Below, piece after piece: positions 45,842-46,668 of a DNA stretch of 46,668 nucleotides (position 1 is the stretch's first letter; the number at the start of each line of letters is the position of its first letter). The stretch comes from an uncultured Spirochaetia bacterium (lineage in GTDB: Bacteria > Spirochaetota > JAHITG01 > JAFGFC01). Location: assembly GCA_964605455.1 (NCBI GenBank), contig CAZSCZ010000001.1, positions 1 through 46,668 of the forward strand, read 5' to 3'. Position numbers and translations under genes: made by a program. The notes under the pieces are model-generated. The model ran no database searches. It was not told the DNA's origin and saw nothing but the letters and a program-made list of their open reading frames with translations.

Positions 45842-46668
45842 TTATTTAACCAGTAATATTGTATTTCGGACAAATTTTTCCTCTCCACGATATTTCTTTT
45901 TTATGACACAAAAATATACACCACTTCCCATTTTTCTGCCATTGTTATCTCTGCCATCCCATTTTACTATGTTCCAGCCTTCTTCTCCTTTTGTGGTTTT
46001 ACTCCATATTTCTCTTCCTTCTGGTGTATAAATCTTTATTTCAACCTCTACTGGCTCCTCAAGAGAATATCTAATTGATAAATCTCCTTCACTTGGTATA
46101 TACGGATTTGGAAATGTGTATAATCTCTCATCTTCTCTTTTGCTTTCATAAAGTGATGTATATGTAAATTTTACCCTACTTAATTCAGGTGAATAATAAT
46201 CATTATCTGTAAGTAAATAGGCTTTATACTGAATGTAACGGACATTTGTTATGTTCTCAATCTCCTGACCATTATAAGTATAGTATGTGTCAGTTGCATT
46301 TCCTGGACCTGTAAACTGAGATGAGTTTAGTTCAGAAATAGTTGCCCCAGCTCTTATCTGAAATTTTATATAAGTATCTGATTTAATATCACCATAAAAA
46401 TAGATTTTATCAAGATTAGCAGCAAACCCTATATCAATAATTCTGGATACAAAATAACCAGATTGATTAAATGTAATAATACCATAACCTATACGATAGG
46501 TTGAACTATCATAACCAGAAAACCATATCTTATAGATTGTGCCATCTTTTATTACTGTGGGACCATATACCCACTTAGAAGCAAAGGCGGGGTATCCTTT
46601 ATCTAACATACATCCTTTTGTGCCAGATTCATTTGATACTACGGTCCAGTTTATGCCATCATAAGAAT
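45842..46668 (-). CDS. Secreted protein with a T9SS/FlgD-Ig-type C-terminal domain. The N-terminus lies beyond the window, and the frame is open to nt 46668.
   Basis: C-terminal YTFPNPY...VEIKIYTPEGREIW...VKWDGRDNNGRKMGSGVYFCVIK. The upstream part looks like a beta-propeller or jelly-roll (YGPTVIKDGTIYKIWFSGYD). By hand I found no stop between 46609 and 46668. Confidence 0.7.
   Translation of the reverse strand, partial: SYDGINWTVVSNESGTKGCMLDKGYPAFASKWVYGPTVIKDGTIYKIWFSGYDSSTYRIGYGIITFNQSGYFVSRIIDIGFAANLDKIYFYGDIKSDTYIKFQIRAGATISELNSSQFTGPGNATDTYYTYNGQEIENITNVRYIQYKAYLLTDNDYYSPELSRVKFTYTSLYESKREDERLYTFPNPYIPSEGDLSIRYSLEEPVEVEIKIYTPEGREIWSKTTKGEEGWNIVKWDGRDNNGRKMGSGVYFCVIKKKYRGEEKFVRNTILLVK

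Overview
Strongly AT-rich bacterial chromosomal window using the standard code (TAA, TAG and TGA all end conserved genes at the expected lengths). There are four blocks.

(1) nt 1-3370 is a decayed accessory region. It holds a 5'-partial hypothetical gene and a roughly 0.9-kb non-coding gap. The gap contains a tRNA-Ser(UGA) 5' half that is split by a 96-bp terminal-inverted-repeat element with a 10-bp duplication. Downstream is a tight three-gene unit: a TIGR04255-like gene with an in-frame TAA, a HicB-like gene and a small basic protein. A gutted non-specific endonuclease pseudogene follows.

(2) nt 3386-11801 (minus strand) is a complete glycogen operon built on GH57 enzymes: DUF4912/Rho_N protein, glgC, glgA, GH57 branching enzyme, GalT-family transferase and a GH57 amylase/glucanotransferase.

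(3) nt 12203-27576 is a compact dcw cluster: mraZ-rsmH-ftsL-murE-murF-mraY-murD-ftsW-murG-murC-ddl-ftsQ-ftsA-ftsZ. It has no ftsI and no murB. After it come a repeat-bearing coiled-coil/PD-(D/E)XK nuclease gene, tRNA-Leu(CAG), an orphan 460-aa protein, and housekeeping genes (udp, MFS transporter, yicC, gmk, rpoZ, miaA, hfq, SPFH-like, tldD, pmbA).

(4) nt 38876-46668 is a cell-surface block. It contains a 1221-aa S8 protease with an FN3-like array, a near-identical internal duplication and a T9SS/FlgD-Ig-type C-terminal domain. It also has two PorV/PorQ-like outer-membrane barrels and a second C-terminal-domain cargo protein running off the window. An orphan DUF433 antitoxin sits between them, bracketed by 83-bp direct repeats and palindromic hairpins.

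I saw no CRISPR array, reverse transcriptase, transposase, integrase or rRNA. No single obviously novel multi-gene system stands out. The most unusual signals are the tRNA-Ser/TIR scar, the repeat families, three in-frame TAA codons with continuing reading frames, the tandem-repeat nuclease gene next to ftsZ, and the T9SS-like cargo/PorV cluster.
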